Assembly: GCF_013004595.1 (NCBI RefSeq)
Contig: NZ_JABEMC010000006.1
Coordinates: 62,001 to 126,000 of the forward strand
DNA: 64,000 bases
Source: Brevibacterium luteolum
GTDB taxonomy: Bacteria > Actinomycetota > Actinomycetes > Actinomycetales > Brevibacteriaceae
Direction of reading: 5' to 3'
Shown here: one piece after another, positions 1-10,793 of the stretch
Layout of the letters: the number at the start of each line of letters is the position of its first letter
How positions within the stretch are numbered: position 1 is the stretch's first letter
The notes under the pieces: generated by a model
The model's input: only the letters and a program-made list of their open reading frames with translations
Database searches by the model: none
What the model was told of the DNA's origin: nothing
Made by a program: the position numbers and the translations under genes

Positions 1-1
1 G

Positions 2-3000
2 ACCAGCACTTCACCGGTCAGCTGGCCGCGGATCGCCACCGTCGCCCGGCCGCGTGCGCCCTCGTGGCTGATGTACGCAGCACCGATCGCGATCGGTATT
101 GCGCTGGCGGTCTTCACACAGATGTGGATGTTCCTGCTCTTCAGCATCTCCGGGCCCATCACCGCTGGGATCATGTACGTCACCGGTCGGCGCCGCTACC
201 GACGCGACGTGCTGTGCGCCTGCCAGGATTACCGAACAGCGGTCCGGGAGTGCCTGTACCGTCTTGCAGAGTCCAACCGGCTGACGCTCGACGCCGCCCA
301 CCGGCGCAGACTCACCGGCGGGGAGACGACCATCGGAATGGGTCCCGCGCTGCTGCCCGGCGGTATCCGCGACATCCCGATCACTGCCCAGGAGACCACC
401 ACCTCGGCGACGGAGGATCCGCTTGCCCTGGCCGAACGCCAGCAGCTGGACCAGTACCTGTCGACAGGTGCGCAGTTCGGGCAGCGCCACTACTCGGCGG
501 CTGACACCGTGCCGCTCATCATCGACCTCACCTGCCTGCAGCTCCGGGCCGAGGGGTCGCTGGCGCAGGTCTCTGCGGTGCTGCGGGCGGTGCTCTCACA
601 GCTCACCAGCCGAGGGCTCGCGGTCCACGTGACGACTGCGCAGCTGCTGGCCGTCTGCCCGGAGCTCGCAGCACTCCCCCTGTCGTTAGACGGTGGGGAA
701 GCCTCCGTCGAAGTGAGCGGCCGGCCAGCGGCAGATGCTCAGGACGGGCAGTGGGAGGTGCAGATCGGGCCGGGCGGCGATCCGGTTCGCAGCGTCGAGA
801 CTTGGCTGCTGCGCCTCGGCGACGACGGTGCGGCACACCTCCGGGTGCTGGCAGAGGCACCCGAGGACCTCCCCCGTCCGCTCACCGGCGAGATTGAGCC
901 GACGCGGATGCGGCCGGAGCGGTTCCTGACTCTCAACCGGGCGTGGCAGCCTCCGCTGCCTGATTGGCAGCAGGAGTGCACGCTCGGTGAGCTACTCGCC
1001 CAGCAGGAGCTGACCGGCGGCACTGCTGATGCCGCCGCCCGCCGGTCGGCGGTGCCGCTCGGGCGCGGTCCGGGCGGGGCTGCGCTCATCGACCTGTTCG
1101 CCTCCGGCCCGCATGCGCTGCTGGCCGGCACGACCGGCAGCGGCAAGTCTGTGCTGCTCCAGACCTGGATCGCATCGCTGGCGGCCCGGTACAGCAGCGC
1201 CGAGCTGCGCTTCGTGCTCATCGATTTCAAGGGCGGGGCGGCTTTCGCGCCCTTCACCGCGTTCGCCCACACGGATGCGGTGGTGAGCAACCTCGATCCG
1301 GCGGCCGGGATGCGCACGCTGCGCAACCTCGGTGCTGAGATCCTGCGCCGGGAGCGGTTGCTCGCCGACCACGGCGCGGCTGACATCGACGCGTTCAACG
1401 CCGGCGCCGGCACTGGGTCACCGGAGCAGCGTCTGCCGCGTCTGGTCGTCATCATCGATGAGTTCCACGCGCTCATCACCGAGCATCCGGCTGGCACCGA
1501 GGTGCTGGAGTCGCTGACTGCGGTGGGCCGGTCGCTGGGCATCCACGTTGTGCTCGCCACCCAGCGGCCGGCCGGGATCGTCACCCCGCGGATGAAAGCT
1601 AATATCAATCTGCGCATCGCCCTGCGGGTGCGCGACGGCGTCGATTCGCGTGAGGTCATCGAGTGTGAGGACGCTGCCGGCATCCCGCCTGACCAGCCGG
1701 GCCTCGGGTTCCTCAGCGACGGCGGTGCGCCGGTCCCGTTTCGCACCGCGACCATCGATATCGCCGCTGACGAGGCGCGGGCACAGACGGGCGCGCAAGC
1801 TCCCGGTGGCCCGGCGGCTGAGCACTGCGAAGTCCAGTGGACGCGCCTGGGCGACGGGCAGTCAGCGTCAGGAGGTGTGACGGCTGGTTGTGTACGGCTA
1901 CGATTCGTGCCACCACCCGAACCGCCGGCGCTGACCGTCAGTGCGCTTGCCGATGCCTCGCATGAGGCCGCACGCCATCTGCCTGCGCCCCACCGCGTCA
2001 TCCCGCCGCCGCTGCCGGTACGCGTCACTTATGACGGAGAGCCCACGCTGCTCGGCATCCTCGACTTCCCCGACGACGGAGTGACAGAACCGTGGCACTA
2101 CGACCCCGGTCGTGATGGGTCTGTGGTCATCACCGGCGGCAGTGGTGCGGGAGCGACGAGTGCGCTGCTGCGGTGCGGGCAGGCGGCCGCAGCACACGGG
2201 AAGTCAGTGATCATGCTGTCGTCAGGGCCGTCCGGTTCCTCAGAGGCGGCTGGTTCCGGGTTCGTGACGTTCAGCCACAACGAACCGTGGACGCTGGAGT
2301 ATCTGCTGGCACTCTTCGACATCGGCGCCCTCGACCCAGGTGATGTGTGTCTGTGCATCGACGACTATGAGGCGCTGGCAGCCCGGCATGAAGCCTCGCG
2401 ACGACTGGAGAGGCTCACACAGCTGCTGACAGCCGGAGGCACGGCGGCACCGATGTTCGTCGTGGTGGCTGGGCGCCGGTTCCTCCACTCCCCGGTCGCG
2501 GCACGAGCTGCCACCCGGATCGTCTTCCCGACCAATGACGCCCAGGATTCCCTGCACTACGGACTGCCTGCTGGGCGCTTCGCTGGTGTGTGGCCGCCGG
2601 GCCGTGCCGTCGTGCTCGGCCCGGCGGCCCGCAGCCAACCGGCCCCGGCAAACGCGCGAGAGGGTGTTGCCGTCCAGCTCGCACAGCCACGCACCGACCC
2701 ACCAGCCGGCAGCCAGACGGCCCAGGCCGACCGGGCGGACCGTGTTGGTTCAGTCTGGATGGGTGGATGCGGTGACGGAGGGTTCCAGCGAACCGAGACC
2801 GGAGCGGCGTCGTTCCGGCTCGGGCGAGGGCCGCTTGGTGAGGACATCCTGTGGGTCCCCGACGTCGACGGGCCTGTGCTCTGCTTGCGCGGTCCGGCCG
2901 AACTGTGCCATCCGCTGCTGGCGGACCTCGCTCAGCCACCGGCCGATGGTCAGTCCCCGGAGGTCATGGCGCTCATCGATGCGCATGAGGCAGACCCGGC

Positions 3001-3268
3001 TGCCGCCGCGCTCGCCGCCTCGGCAGAGTACTGCGCGATCAGCTATCCCCTGACGGGTCAGCTGCCCTACGGTTCTCCGCTGGCGGCCATCACGAAAACC
3101 GGGCCACAGCTGCTGCTCGGGCTGCGACAACAAGGGGAGCTTGCAGCTTTGGGGATGCGCGACCTGCCGTTGCCGCCTGCGGGCTGGGCGTGGTTCGTCT
3201 CCGGGTCACTCGCCCTGCCTGTCGATATCAGGCCTGCTGCCGGTCAGGACAGTGAGATCGTCTTGTAG
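2..3268 (+). CDS. FtsK/SpoIIIE-domain (EccC-like) membrane ATPase, 5'-truncated by window edge
   Basis: Frame open from position 2; two N-terminal hydrophobic segments; Walker A AGTTGSGKS, Walker B VVIIDEFH, GRSLGIHVVLATQRP; later ATPase-like domains degenerate. Confidence 0.85.
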   Translation, partial: TSTSPVSWPRIATVARPRAPSWLMYAAPIAIGIALAVFTQMWMFLLFSISGPITAGIMYVTGRRRYRRDVLCACQDYRTAVRECLYRLAESNRLTLDAAHRRRLTGGETTIGMGPALLPGGIRDIPITAQETTTSATEDPLALAERQQLDQYLSTGAQFGQRHYSAADTVPLIIDLTCLQLRAEGSLAQVSAVLRAVLSQLTSRGLAVHVTTAQLLAVCPELAALPLSLDGGEASVEVSGRPAADAQDGQWEVQIGPGGDPVRSVETWLLRLGDDGAAHLRVLAEAPEDLPRPLTGEIEPTRMRPERFLTLNRAWQPPLPDWQQECTLGELLAQQELTGGTADAAARRSAVPLGRGPGGAALIDLFASGPHALLAGTTGSGKSVLLQTWIASLAARYSSAELRFVLIDFKGGAAFAPFTAFAHTDAVVSNLDPAAGMRTLRNLGAEILRRERLLADHGAADIDAFNAGAGTGSPEQRLPRLVVIIDEFHALITEHPAGTEVLESLTAVGRSLGIHVVLATQRPAGIVTPRMKANINLRIALRVRDGVDSREVIECEDAAGIPPDQPGLGFLSDGGAPVPFRTATIDIAADEARAQTGAQAPGGPAAEHCEVQWTRLGDGQSASGGVTAGCVRLRFVPPPEPPALTVSALADASHEAARHLPAPHRVIPPPLPVRVTYDGEPTLLGILDFPDDGVTEPWHYDPGRDGSVVITGGSGAGATSALLRCGQAAAAHGKSVIMLSSGPSGSSEAAGSGFVTFSHNEPWTLEYLLALFDIGALDPGDVCLCIDDYEALAARHEASRRLERLTQLLTAGGTAAPMFVVVAGRRFLHSPVAARAATRIVFPTNDAQDSLHYGLPAGRFAGVWPPGRAVVLGPAARSQPAPANAREGVAVQLAQPRTDPPAGSQTAQADRADRVGSVWMGGCGDGGFQRTETGAASFRLGRGPLGEDILWVPDVDGPVLCLRGPAELCHPLLADLAQPPADGQSPEVMALIDAHEADPAAAALAASAEYCAISYPLTGQLPYGSPLAAITKTGPQLLLGLRQQGELAALGMRDLPLPPAGWAWFVSGSLALPVDIRPAAGQDSEIVL

Positions 3269-4203
3269 GTGTAGAGCACCTCGGCCACACCTGCGGAGAT
3301 GAGCCCGTCCATGAGTTCGGAGACCACCGGCATCTCGTCGGTGACCTCGACGACGACCTCACTGTCGGTGGACAGGCGGGCCAGCAGCGCACCGGTGTCC
3401 TCGAGACCTGCCTGGAAGCCAGGGTCGTTGCGGTCGACGGTGAACTCCGCGGCGTTCTCACCACGATTGGCCGCCCCCACCTTGCCGTCATACGCGGCCG
3501 CGAGGGTGAGCTCAGTGGCGCCGTCCTCGTGCGGGTAGGAAACCGCGAATGCCGAGACCTCGCCGTCACGGCGCATGAGGGCAGCACCGTGGGCGCCGGT
3601 CGGTTCGGAGAGGAACCGGCGGTTGACCTCGCCGATCGACATCTCAGCTGCCGGGTCAGCGGCGTTGACGCCTGCATACCAGGCAGCGAACGCCTGGGTC
3701 AGCGCCACCGAACCGGTGGCGGTGACCTCGAAGTCCTCCAGCCGGTCAGCGCCCAGCCCACCGAGTGCCGAGGGCTTGACCTTGATGACCCGGGTCGTGA
3801 ACAGAAGGTCGGCACCCTGGCTTTCGGCAGCGTCCGCACCGACGGAATCAGCGGCCACCCGGCCACGCAGCGGCAGGTCGATCAGATCCGTGCCAGCCAC
3901 CGCCTCGCGCGCGGCCTGCAGCAGAGCTGAACCCACGCCTCGGCGACGTTCGGTCTCTGCGACCTCGACGTGCGCCCACGCACGGTGAGGATGGGCAGGA
4001 GAGGCGGCGATCGCAGCGGCACCAATGAGCACCTCGGCCCCAGGGCCTTCGTCTTCGAGCGAGGCGACAACACAGCGGGAGAGCGGGGACTCGGAGTCGG
4101 CGCGGAAGAGGTTGCGCGCGGCATGCTCGGCGGGGTTCGCGGCGTCGTGCAGGACGTCGTTGAGCCGCAGGTCATCACCGTCGGTGAAGGGGCGGATGTG
4201 CAC
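3244..4203 (-). CDS. GNAT family N-acetyltransferase
   Basis: Motif A HVEVAETERRRGVGSALL; GTG start with AGGAAAGGA-type RBS. Confidence 0.7.
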   Translation of the reverse strand: MHIRPFTDGDDLRLNDVLHDAANPAEHAARNLFRADSESPLSRCVVASLEDEGPGAEVLIGAAAIAASPAHPHRAWAHVEVAETERRRGVGSALLQAAREAVAGTDLIDLPLRGRVAADSVGADAAESQGADLLFTTRVIKVKPSALGGLGADRLEDFEVTATGSVALTQAFAAWYAGVNAADPAAEMSIGEVNRRFLSEPTGAHGAALMRRDGEVSAFAVSYPHEDGATELTLAAAYDGKVGAANRGENAAEFTVDRNDPGFQAGLEDTGALLARLSTDSEVVVEVTDEMPVVSELMDGLISAGVAEVLYTYKTISLS

Positions 4204-4261
4204 GGGCGCGTTCCTTTCCTCAGTTCCGGCAGGCTGCGAGCGCCGCTGATAATCTCAGACC

Positions 4262-5104
4262 ATGAGCGACTCACACATCAGCGATCCTACCGCCGCCGCC
4301 AAGCAGGCAGCCACCGTCCTCAACGACGCTGCCGGCATCGACCACCACGACATCGCCCTCGTCCTGGGCTCGGGCTGGGGTGAGGCCGCCGAGCTCATCG
4401 GTGAGACCATCTCCGAGGTGCTGGCCGCCGAGGTGCCCGGCTTCCACTCCCCCGTCGTCGCCGGCCACGGCGGCACCCTGCGCACCCTGCGCATCGACGA
4501 CCCCGGCTCCGGTGCTGAGGCCAAGCATGCGCTCGTGCTCGGAGCCCGCACCCACTTCTACGAAGACCGCGGCGTGCGTGCAGTCGCCCACGGTGTGCGG
4601 ACCGCAGCTGCCGCCGGCTGCCAAACGCTCGTGCTCACCAACGGCTGCGGCGGGCTCAACCCCGAATGGGGCCCCGGCACCCCGGTGCTCATCTCCGATC
4701 ACATCAACCTCACCGCCGCCTCCCCGCTGGAGGGCGCGACGTTCGTCGACCTGACCGACCTGTACTCCTCGCGGCTGCGTGAGCTCGCCCGCTCGATCGA
4801 CAGCGACCTGCCCGAGGGTGTGTACGCCCAGTTCCGCGGACCCCACTATGAGACTCCGGCCGAGGTGAGGATGGCCGGTGCGCTCGGCGCCGACCTCGTC
4901 GGCATGTCGACCGCACTCGAGGCGATCGCCGCCCGTGAGGCGGGGCTTGAGATCCTCGGCATCTCGCTCGTGACGAACCTCGCCGCCGGTGTGAGCGCCG
5001 AGCCGCTCGACCACTCAGAGGTCATCGCCGCCGGCAAGGCCGCAGGACCGCGGATCTCGCGGCTGCTGGCCGAGATCGTCGGCAAGATCGCCCAGGAGGA
5101 CTGA
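4262..5104 (+). CDS. punA: Purine-nucleoside phosphorylase (trimeric type)
   Basis: ALVLGSGWG, RTHFYE, GPHYETPAE, VGMST, LVTNLAAG motifs. Confidence 0.93.
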   Translation: MSDSHISDPTAAAKQAATVLNDAAGIDHHDIALVLGSGWGEAAELIGETISEVLAAEVPGFHSPVVAGHGGTLRTLRIDDPGSGAEAKHALVLGARTHFYEDRGVRAVAHGVRTAAAAGCQTLVLTNGCGGLNPEWGPGTPVLISDHINLTAASPLEGATFVDLTDLYSSRLRELARSIDSDLPEGVYAQFRGPHYETPAEVRMAGALGADLVGMSTALEAIAAREAGLEILGISLVTNLAAGVSAEPLDHSEVIAAGKAAGPRISRLLAEIVGKIAQED

Positions 5105-6903
5105 TGAGCCCCGCCCAGCCCCCACAGTCGCAGCCCCCACAGCCACCTGCGCCGACGGTCTTCACCGACGGCTTCGATGCCGACATCGTCGAGTCCTGGA
5201 TCGCCGACGACCCAGACGAGCAGACCCGCACGGAACTGGCCGCACTGCTGGAATCTGCAACGGCCGGCGATGCGGCCGCGATCGCGGAGCTGGAGGACCG
5301 GTTCGCCGCTCCCCTGACCTTCGGCACCGCCGGGCTGCGCGGGGCACTCGGCGGCGGGCCGAACCGCATGAACCGGGCCGTCGTCATCCGCGCGGCCGCC
5401 GGTCTGGCCGGGTTCCTGCGCGACACCCTCGGTGAGGGATTCCGGGTTGTCATCGGCTGCGATGCCCGCCACGGCTCAGCTGACTTCGCCCGCGACACCG
5501 CTGCTGTCGTCACCGCCGCCGGTGGGCAGGCGCTGCTGCTGCCCGACAAGCTGCCCACCCCGGTGCTCGCCTTCGCGCTCGGTCATCTCGACTGCGATGC
5601 CGGGGTCATGGTGACCGCCAGCCACAACCCGCCGCAGGACAACGGATACAAGGTCTACCTCGGCGCCCGCCCCCTCCAGGCGGTCCTGGACCGGCAGGGT
5701 GATGCGCAGGCTGCTGCCGCCGCCGAGGCGGGGGCTGGTGCGCAGATCGTCCCGCCCTTCGATGACCTCATCGCCGCCCACATCGCCGGCATCGCCACGG
5801 TCGCTGACACCCCGCGTGCCGAGTCCGGCTGGAAGACGGTCAGTGAGCAGATCGTCGAGGACTATCTCGCCTCGATCGATGCGCTCGGCCAGCGGCTCGG
5901 TGCTGTGCGCACAGCACCGGTGCGGATCGTCATCACGAGCCTGCACGGGGTCGGCGGGGCGACGATGTGCGCGGCACTCGAGCGCGCCGGTTTCGACGAT
6001 GTCCATGCGGTGGCCTCTCAGGAGCAGCCGGACCCGGACTTCCCGACGGTGACTTTCCCCAACCCTGAGGAGGACGGTGCCCTCGATGCCGCGATTGCCC
6101 TGGCCGATGCGGTCGGTGCCGATCTCATCATCGCCAACGACCCGGATGCCGACCGCATGTCGGCAGCTGTGCCGGTGCATCCGGCTGCCGGTGCTGAGGA
6201 AGGTACAAGCGGCTGGCGGCAGCTGACCGGTGACGAGGTCGGTCTGCTGCTCGGTGAGCACATCGCTGCCCGCAGCCCACAGGATGCGGTGCTGGCCAAT
6301 TCGATCGTGTCGTCTCGCGCGCTTGCCGCTGCGGCGAAGTCCCATGGGCTGGAGCATGCGGCCACGCTCACCGGCTTCAAGTGGATCTCCCGTGTTCCGG
6401 GTGTGGCGTTCGGCTATGAGGAGGCGCTGGGCTACTGCGTCGACCCGGATGTCGTGCGCGATAAGGACGGCATCTCGGCCGGCGTCGTGTTCGCCTCGCT
6501 GGTCTCAGCATTGGCCGAGCAGGCCCGCAATGTCGACGATGAGCTGAAGCGCATCCGGACGCGTGATGGCGCGTTCGTCACGCAGCCGCTGACGTTCCGG
6601 CTGACCGACACCTCTCTCATCGGCGAGGCGATGGCCCGCCTGCGAGCTGCGGCGCCTGAGCAGCTGGCCGGCCATGACGTCACCGAGGTCATCGACCTGG
6701 CTGAGGGCTCAGGACAGCTGCCGCCGACTGATGGGATCATGCTGCTGATGGCTGCCGGTGACCGGGTCATCATCCGGCCCTCGGGCACTGAACCGAAGCT
6801 CAAGTGCTACCTCGAAGCAGTCGGGGCGCTCGAGGAGATCGAAGCGGCCCGTGCACGACTGGAGCAGATGCGGGCGGACCTGACATTGTTCTTCGGGCTC
6901 TGA
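5104..6903 (+). CDS. Phosphosugar mutase (alpha-D-phosphohexomutase superfamily; probable phosphopentomutase role)
   Basis: FGTAGLRG, catalytic TASHNP, metal-binding DPDADR, GYEEA, RPSGTEPKLK; TGATG overlap with punA. Confidence 0.9.
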   Translation: MSPAQPPQSQPPQPPAPTVFTDGFDADIVESWIADDPDEQTRTELAALLESATAGDAAAIAELEDRFAAPLTFGTAGLRGALGGGPNRMNRAVVIRAAAGLAGFLRDTLGEGFRVVIGCDARHGSADFARDTAAVVTAAGGQALLLPDKLPTPVLAFALGHLDCDAGVMVTASHNPPQDNGYKVYLGARPLQAVLDRQGDAQAAAAAEAGAGAQIVPPFDDLIAAHIAGIATVADTPRAESGWKTVSEQIVEDYLASIDALGQRLGAVRTAPVRIVITSLHGVGGATMCAALERAGFDDVHAVASQEQPDPDFPTVTFPNPEEDGALDAAIALADAVGADLIIANDPDADRMSAAVPVHPAAGAEEGTSGWRQLTGDEVGLLLGEHIAARSPQDAVLANSIVSSRALAAAAKSHGLEHAATLTGFKWISRVPGVAFGYEEALGYCVDPDVVRDKDGISAGVVFASLVSALAEQARNVDDELKRIRTRDGAFVTQPLTFRLTDTSLIGEAMARLRAAAPEQLAGHDVTEVIDLAEGSGQLPPTDGIMLLMAAGDRVIIRPSGTEPKLKCYLEAVGALEEIEAARARLEQMRADLTLFFGL

Positions 6904-6925
6904 CCTCGGCAAAGCCACCGCGCGC

Positions 6926-6958
6926 GAACGCGCCCGAGGGATTTCCTCGGGCGCGTTC
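6926..6958. terminator. Hairpin between convergent mutase and deoC genes
   Basis: GAACGCGCCCGAGG-GATTT-CCTCGGGCGCGTTC, 14-bp perfect stem. Confidence 0.75.
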
Positions 6959-6983
6959 CGCGATCTGGGCGGAGTGTGGGCGA

Positions 6984-7661
6984 TCAGTTCACGAAGCCGT
7001 CGAGCACGGCCGCGGAACCGGAGAGCCCGAGGCGGGAGGCACCGGCGTCGATCATCTGCTGAGCGGCCTCAGCATCGCGGATGCCACCGGAGGCCTTGAC
7101 ACCGAGGCGGTCGCCCACGGTCTGGCGCATGAGCTTGACCGCATGCGTCGAAGCGCCGCCGGCCGGGTGGAAACCAGTCGAGGTCTTGACGAAGTGGGCG
7201 CCTGCGGTTTCGGCGGCCTTGCAGGCGGCGACGATCTGATCGTCGTTCAGTGCCGCAGATTCGATGATGACCTTGACGATCGCCTCGGAGCCGGTGGCGC
7301 GGCTGGATTCGGCGCAGGCGTTGACGACTTCGCGGATCTCGGCTTCGACTCCCTTGAAGTCACCGGCGAGCGCGAGACCGAGATTGATGACCATGTCGAC
7401 CTCTGCCGCCCCCTGACGCACCGACAGCGCGGCCTCGGCGGCCTTGACCTCACCGTGGTGGGCACCGGAGGGGAAACCGCAGACGGTGGCGACGACGAGA
7501 TCGCCGGTGTTCATCAGCGGCAGCATGTTCGGTGAGACGCACACGGCGAGCACACCGAGCTCCTGGGCTTCAGCGACGAGTGCCGCGACGTCCTCGGCGG
7601 TGCTCTGGGGCTTGAGCAGGGTGTGGTCGATCATGCGGGCAACGTCGGTGCGTGCGGTCAT
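6984..7661 (-). CDS. deoC: Deoxyribose-phosphate aldolase
   Basis: [38 protein letters not shown]. Confidence 0.95.
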   Translation of the reverse strand: MTARTDVARMIDHTLLKPQSTAEDVAALVAEAQELGVLAVCVSPNMLPLMNTGDLVVATVCGFPSGAHHGEVKAAEAALSVRQGAAEVDMVINLGLALAGDFKGVEAEIREVVNACAESSRATGSEAIVKVIIESAALNDDQIVAACKAAETAGAHFVKTSTGFHPAGGASTHAVKLMRQTVGDRLGVKASGGIRDAEAAQQMIDAGASRLGLSGSAAVLDGFVN

Positions 7662-7726
7662 CGCATCTCCTTCAGGTTCGGGGTCTCGTAACGGATGTCA
7701 GGGGTGGTTCGGGTTGGAGTTCAGGC

Positions 7727-9046
7727 TCAGGCGGTGATGCGGCCGATGACGATCGAACCGGCAGCCGCCTCGGCGTCGGCTCCTTCGGCGGCCGGGGTGA
7801 TCTCGACGGCTTCGGCCAGTGCTTCCTGGGCGCGGGCGAAGAGCGCCGGGTTGTCGGCGTGCAGCGTCATGAGCGGCTGACCGGCGGTGACGGCTTCGCC
7901 GGGCTTGGCGTGGAGTTCGATACCGGCGCCGAGCGAGAGCTCATCGCCCTGCTTGGCACGGCCGGCGCCGAGGCGCCAGGAGGCCACACCGACCGACAGC
8001 GCGTCGAGGCCGGTGAGGACGCCGGCGAATTCGGCGCGCACCACCTCGGTCTCGGCTGCCTGCGGCAGCGCGGCCTCCGGGTCGCCGCCCTGGGCGCGGA
8101 TCATCTGGTTCCACTTGTCCATCGCGCGACCGTCGGCCAGGGCGGCGCGGACGTCGGCGTCGGGCTTGCCGGCCATGCGCAGCATCTCCTCAGCCAGCGC
8201 GACGGTGAGGTCGACGACGTCGGCGGGCCCGCCACCGGCGAGCACCTCAACCGATTCGCGGACTTCCAGCGCATTGCCGACGGTGAGCCCGAGCGGGGTC
8301 GACATGTCGGTCAGCAGCGCGGTGCAGTCGACGCCGGCAGAGGTGCCGAGGCGGACCATCGTCTCAGCCAGTGCGCGGGCGGAGGCTTCGTCCTTCATGA
8401 ACGCTCCTGAGCCGACCTTGACGTCGAGGACGAGGGCGGAGGTGCCCTCGGCGATCTTCTTCGACATGATCGACGAGGCGATGAGCGGCAGGCAGTCGAC
8501 GGTGGCGGTGATGTCGCGCAGCGCGTAGAGCTTCTTATCCGCTGGTGCCAGGCCGGAGCCGGCGGCGCAGATGACGGCGCCGAGGTCCTCGAGCTGGGCG
8601 ACCAGCTCCTCGTTGCTCATATCGGCCTGCCAGCCGGGGATCGATTCGAGTTTGTCGAGGGTGCCGCCGGTGTGGCCGAGGCCGCGGCCGGACAGCTGCG
8701 GGACGGCGACGTCGAAGACGGCGACGAGTGGGGCCAGCGGCAGGGTGATCTTGTCTCCGACACCGCCGGTGGAGTGCTTGTCGACAGTCGGCTTGGACAG
8801 CGAGTCGAAGCTCATCCGCTCACCGGAGTCGATCATCGCCTGCGTCCAGCGGGCGGTCTCAGCATCGCTCATGCCACGCAGGAAGATCGCCATCGCCAGG
8901 GCCGACATCTGCTCATCGGCGACGACACCGCGGGTGTAGGCGTCGATGATCCAGGCGATCTGGTCATCGTTCAGGGTGCCGCCGTCGCGTTTGGTGCGGA
9001 TGATGTCGACGGCGTCGAAGGCTTCCGTGGTGGTCTCTGCGGTCAT
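7727..9046 (-). CDS. deoA: Thymidine/pyrimidine-nucleoside phosphorylase
   Basis: DKHSTGGVGDK, SGRGLGHTGGTLDKLE, SIMSKKIAEG; start reassigned to ATG 9046 (AAAGGA RBS). Confidence 0.93.
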   Translation of the reverse strand: MTAETTTEAFDAVDIIRTKRDGGTLNDDQIAWIIDAYTRGVVADEQMSALAMAIFLRGMSDAETARWTQAMIDSGERMSFDSLSKPTVDKHSTGGVGDKITLPLAPLVAVFDVAVPQLSGRGLGHTGGTLDKLESIPGWQADMSNEELVAQLEDLGAVICAAGSGLAPADKKLYALRDITATVDCLPLIASSIMSKKIAEGTSALVLDVKVGSGAFMKDEASARALAETMVRLGTSAGVDCTALLTDMSTPLGLTVGNALEVRESVEVLAGGGPADVVDLTVALAEEMLRMAGKPDADVRAALADGRAMDKWNQMIRAQGGDPEAALPQAAETEVVRAEFAGVLTGLDALSVGVASWRLGAGRAKQGDELSLGAGIELHAKPGEAVTAGQPLMTLHADNPALFARAQEALAEAVEITPAAEGADAEAAAGSIVIGRITA

Positions 9047-9057
9047 GGGGAGTCCTT

Positions 9058-9465
9058 TCACGAGGTGGTGTCGAGGTGGTCCGGGCCGAACGCCTCGGGC
9101 AGGACGTCTGCCAGCGGCCGGATGCCCGACGGCATGTCGAGGACGAGGTCGGGGCCGCCGAACTCGTAGAGCAGCTGGCGGCAGCGGCCGCATGGCACCA
9201 GCTTGTCACGGTTCTGGTCGACGCAGGCAAATGCGATGAGCCGTCCCCCGCCGGTGCGGGCGAGTTCGCTCACGAGTCCGCATTCGGCGCACAGGCCGAG
9301 CCCGTAGGAGGCGTTCTCGACATTGCAGCCGGAGACGATCCGGCCGTCGTCGACAAGTGCGGCTGCCCCGACGGGGTAGCCGGAGTACGGTGCGTAGGCG
9401 CGCTCCATCGCCACGGTGGCGGCGTCATGCAGCTGCTGCCACACCTCGGCGTCGAACTGTCGCAT
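9058..9465 (-). CDS. cdd: Cytidine deaminase
   Basis: AYAPYS, GCNVENASY, CAE and PCGRCRQ zinc motifs; start ATG 9465 after GGAGG. Confidence 0.93.
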   Translation of the reverse strand: MRQFDAEVWQQLHDAATVAMERAYAPYSGYPVGAAALVDDGRIVSGCNVENASYGLGLCAECGLVSELARTGGGRLIAFACVDQNRDKLVPCGRCRQLLYEFGGPDLVLDMPSGIRPLADVLPEAFGPDHLDTTS

Positions 9466-9494
9466 GTGCAGCCTCCTTCCCTGCCTGGGCAGGG

Positions 9495-10793
9495 TCACTG
9501 GGTGGAGTACGGCTTGCCTTCGGCGGCCGGCGGGCGGACGCGGCCGACGAATCCGGCCACGGCGAGGATCGTGACGATGTAGGGCAGCATGAGCAGCAGC
9601 TCGCTGGGCACCGGGGTGCCGATGGCCGAGAGCGTGTTGCCGAGGTTCTTCGAGAATCCGAACAGCAGTGCCGCTGCCAGTGCGCCCACAGGGTTCCACT
9701 TGCCGAGGATCATCGCAGCCAGGGCGATGTAGCCCTGCCCAGCCGACATCTCCTTGCCGAAGGCCAGGCCGGAGCCGATCGTGAAGAACGCCCCGCCCAA
9801 GCCGGCGATCGCACCGGCGAAGATCGTGTTGGCCACCCGGTTGAGGTTGACGTTGATGCCGACGGTGTCAGCGGCCTTCGGATGCTCGCCGATGGCGCGC
9901 ATCCGCAGGCCCCAGCGGGAGCGGAACACGAAGATCTGCAGCAGGATCACCGTGATGTACATGAGGTAGACGAGGATGTTCTGATTGAACAGCACGTTGC
10001 CGAGCACCGGGATGTCGGACAGCAGCGGGATCGGCAGGTTCGGCAGCTGCTGGCGTGAGTTCCACTTCTCGGCGTTGGCGGTGAGGACGGTGGAGAACAG
10101 GAAGCTGGTGACGCCGATGACGAGCACGTTGAGCACCACGCCGATGATGATCTGGTCGACCCAGTAGCGCACCGCGAAGAACGTCAACACGACCGCGACG
10201 AGCGCGCCGGCGACAGGGGCTGCGATGAGGCCGGCGTACGGGCTGGAGAACAGCGAGGCGACGACGGCGGCGAGGAATGCACCGGCGAGCAGCTGGCCTT
10301 CGATGGCGATGTTGATGATGCCTGAGCGCTCACCGACGAGCCCGCACATCGAACCGAAGATCAGCGGCACTGACAGGGCCAGCGAGCCGGCCAGCAGCGC
10401 GGTGATCGGGATGCGGCCGGTGTCTCCGCCGGCCCAGTTGAGGAAGCTGAGGACGAAGATGATGCCGAAGGACACCATCACCCAGGCGGGGATGCGGCGC
10501 CGGTTTGCGGCCTCGAAAATGGCGTAGGCGGCCAATGCCAGCAGGACCACGCCGAGGACGATGCCGGTGAGCTTCGTCGGGACCGTCACCTCGGGGATGG
10601 CGAAGAAGTCACCGGAGGAGGCGAAGGCGAACGTGGTGTGCTTGCCGGCGGCGGCCAGCAGGCCGAAGAACAGCAGCGCGAGGACGGCGAGGACGCCGAA
10701 GATGATGGGGAACTTCCAGGCGATCGGCGCCCGGACGTCGGCTGCGGCGTGGTCGAGGCTCTCAGCAGCCGCGGTGGCCTTCTTGGCGTTCAT
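9495..10793 (-). CDS. Nucleoside ABC transporter permease 2
   Basis: ERSGIINIAIEG, GLRMRAIGEHPKAADTVGI, GYIALAA; start MNAKK at 10793 overlapping upstream stop (ATGA). Confidence 0.88.
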   Translation of the reverse strand: MNAKKATAAAESLDHAAADVRAPIAWKFPIIFGVLAVLALLFFGLLAAAGKHTTFAFASSGDFFAIPEVTVPTKLTGIVLGVVLLALAAYAIFEAANRRRIPAWVMVSFGIIFVLSFLNWAGGDTGRIPITALLAGSLALSVPLIFGSMCGLVGERSGIINIAIEGQLLAGAFLAAVVASLFSSPYAGLIAAPVAGALVAVVLTFFAVRYWVDQIIIGVVLNVLVIGVTSFLFSTVLTANAEKWNSRQQLPNLPIPLLSDIPVLGNVLFNQNILVYLMYITVILLQIFVFRSRWGLRMRAIGEHPKAADTVGINVNLNRVANTIFAGAIAGLGGAFFTIGSGLAFGKEMSAGQGYIALAAMILGKWNPVGALAAALLFGFSKNLGNTLSAIGTPVPSELLLMLPYIVTILAVAGFVGRVRPPAAEGKPYSTQ

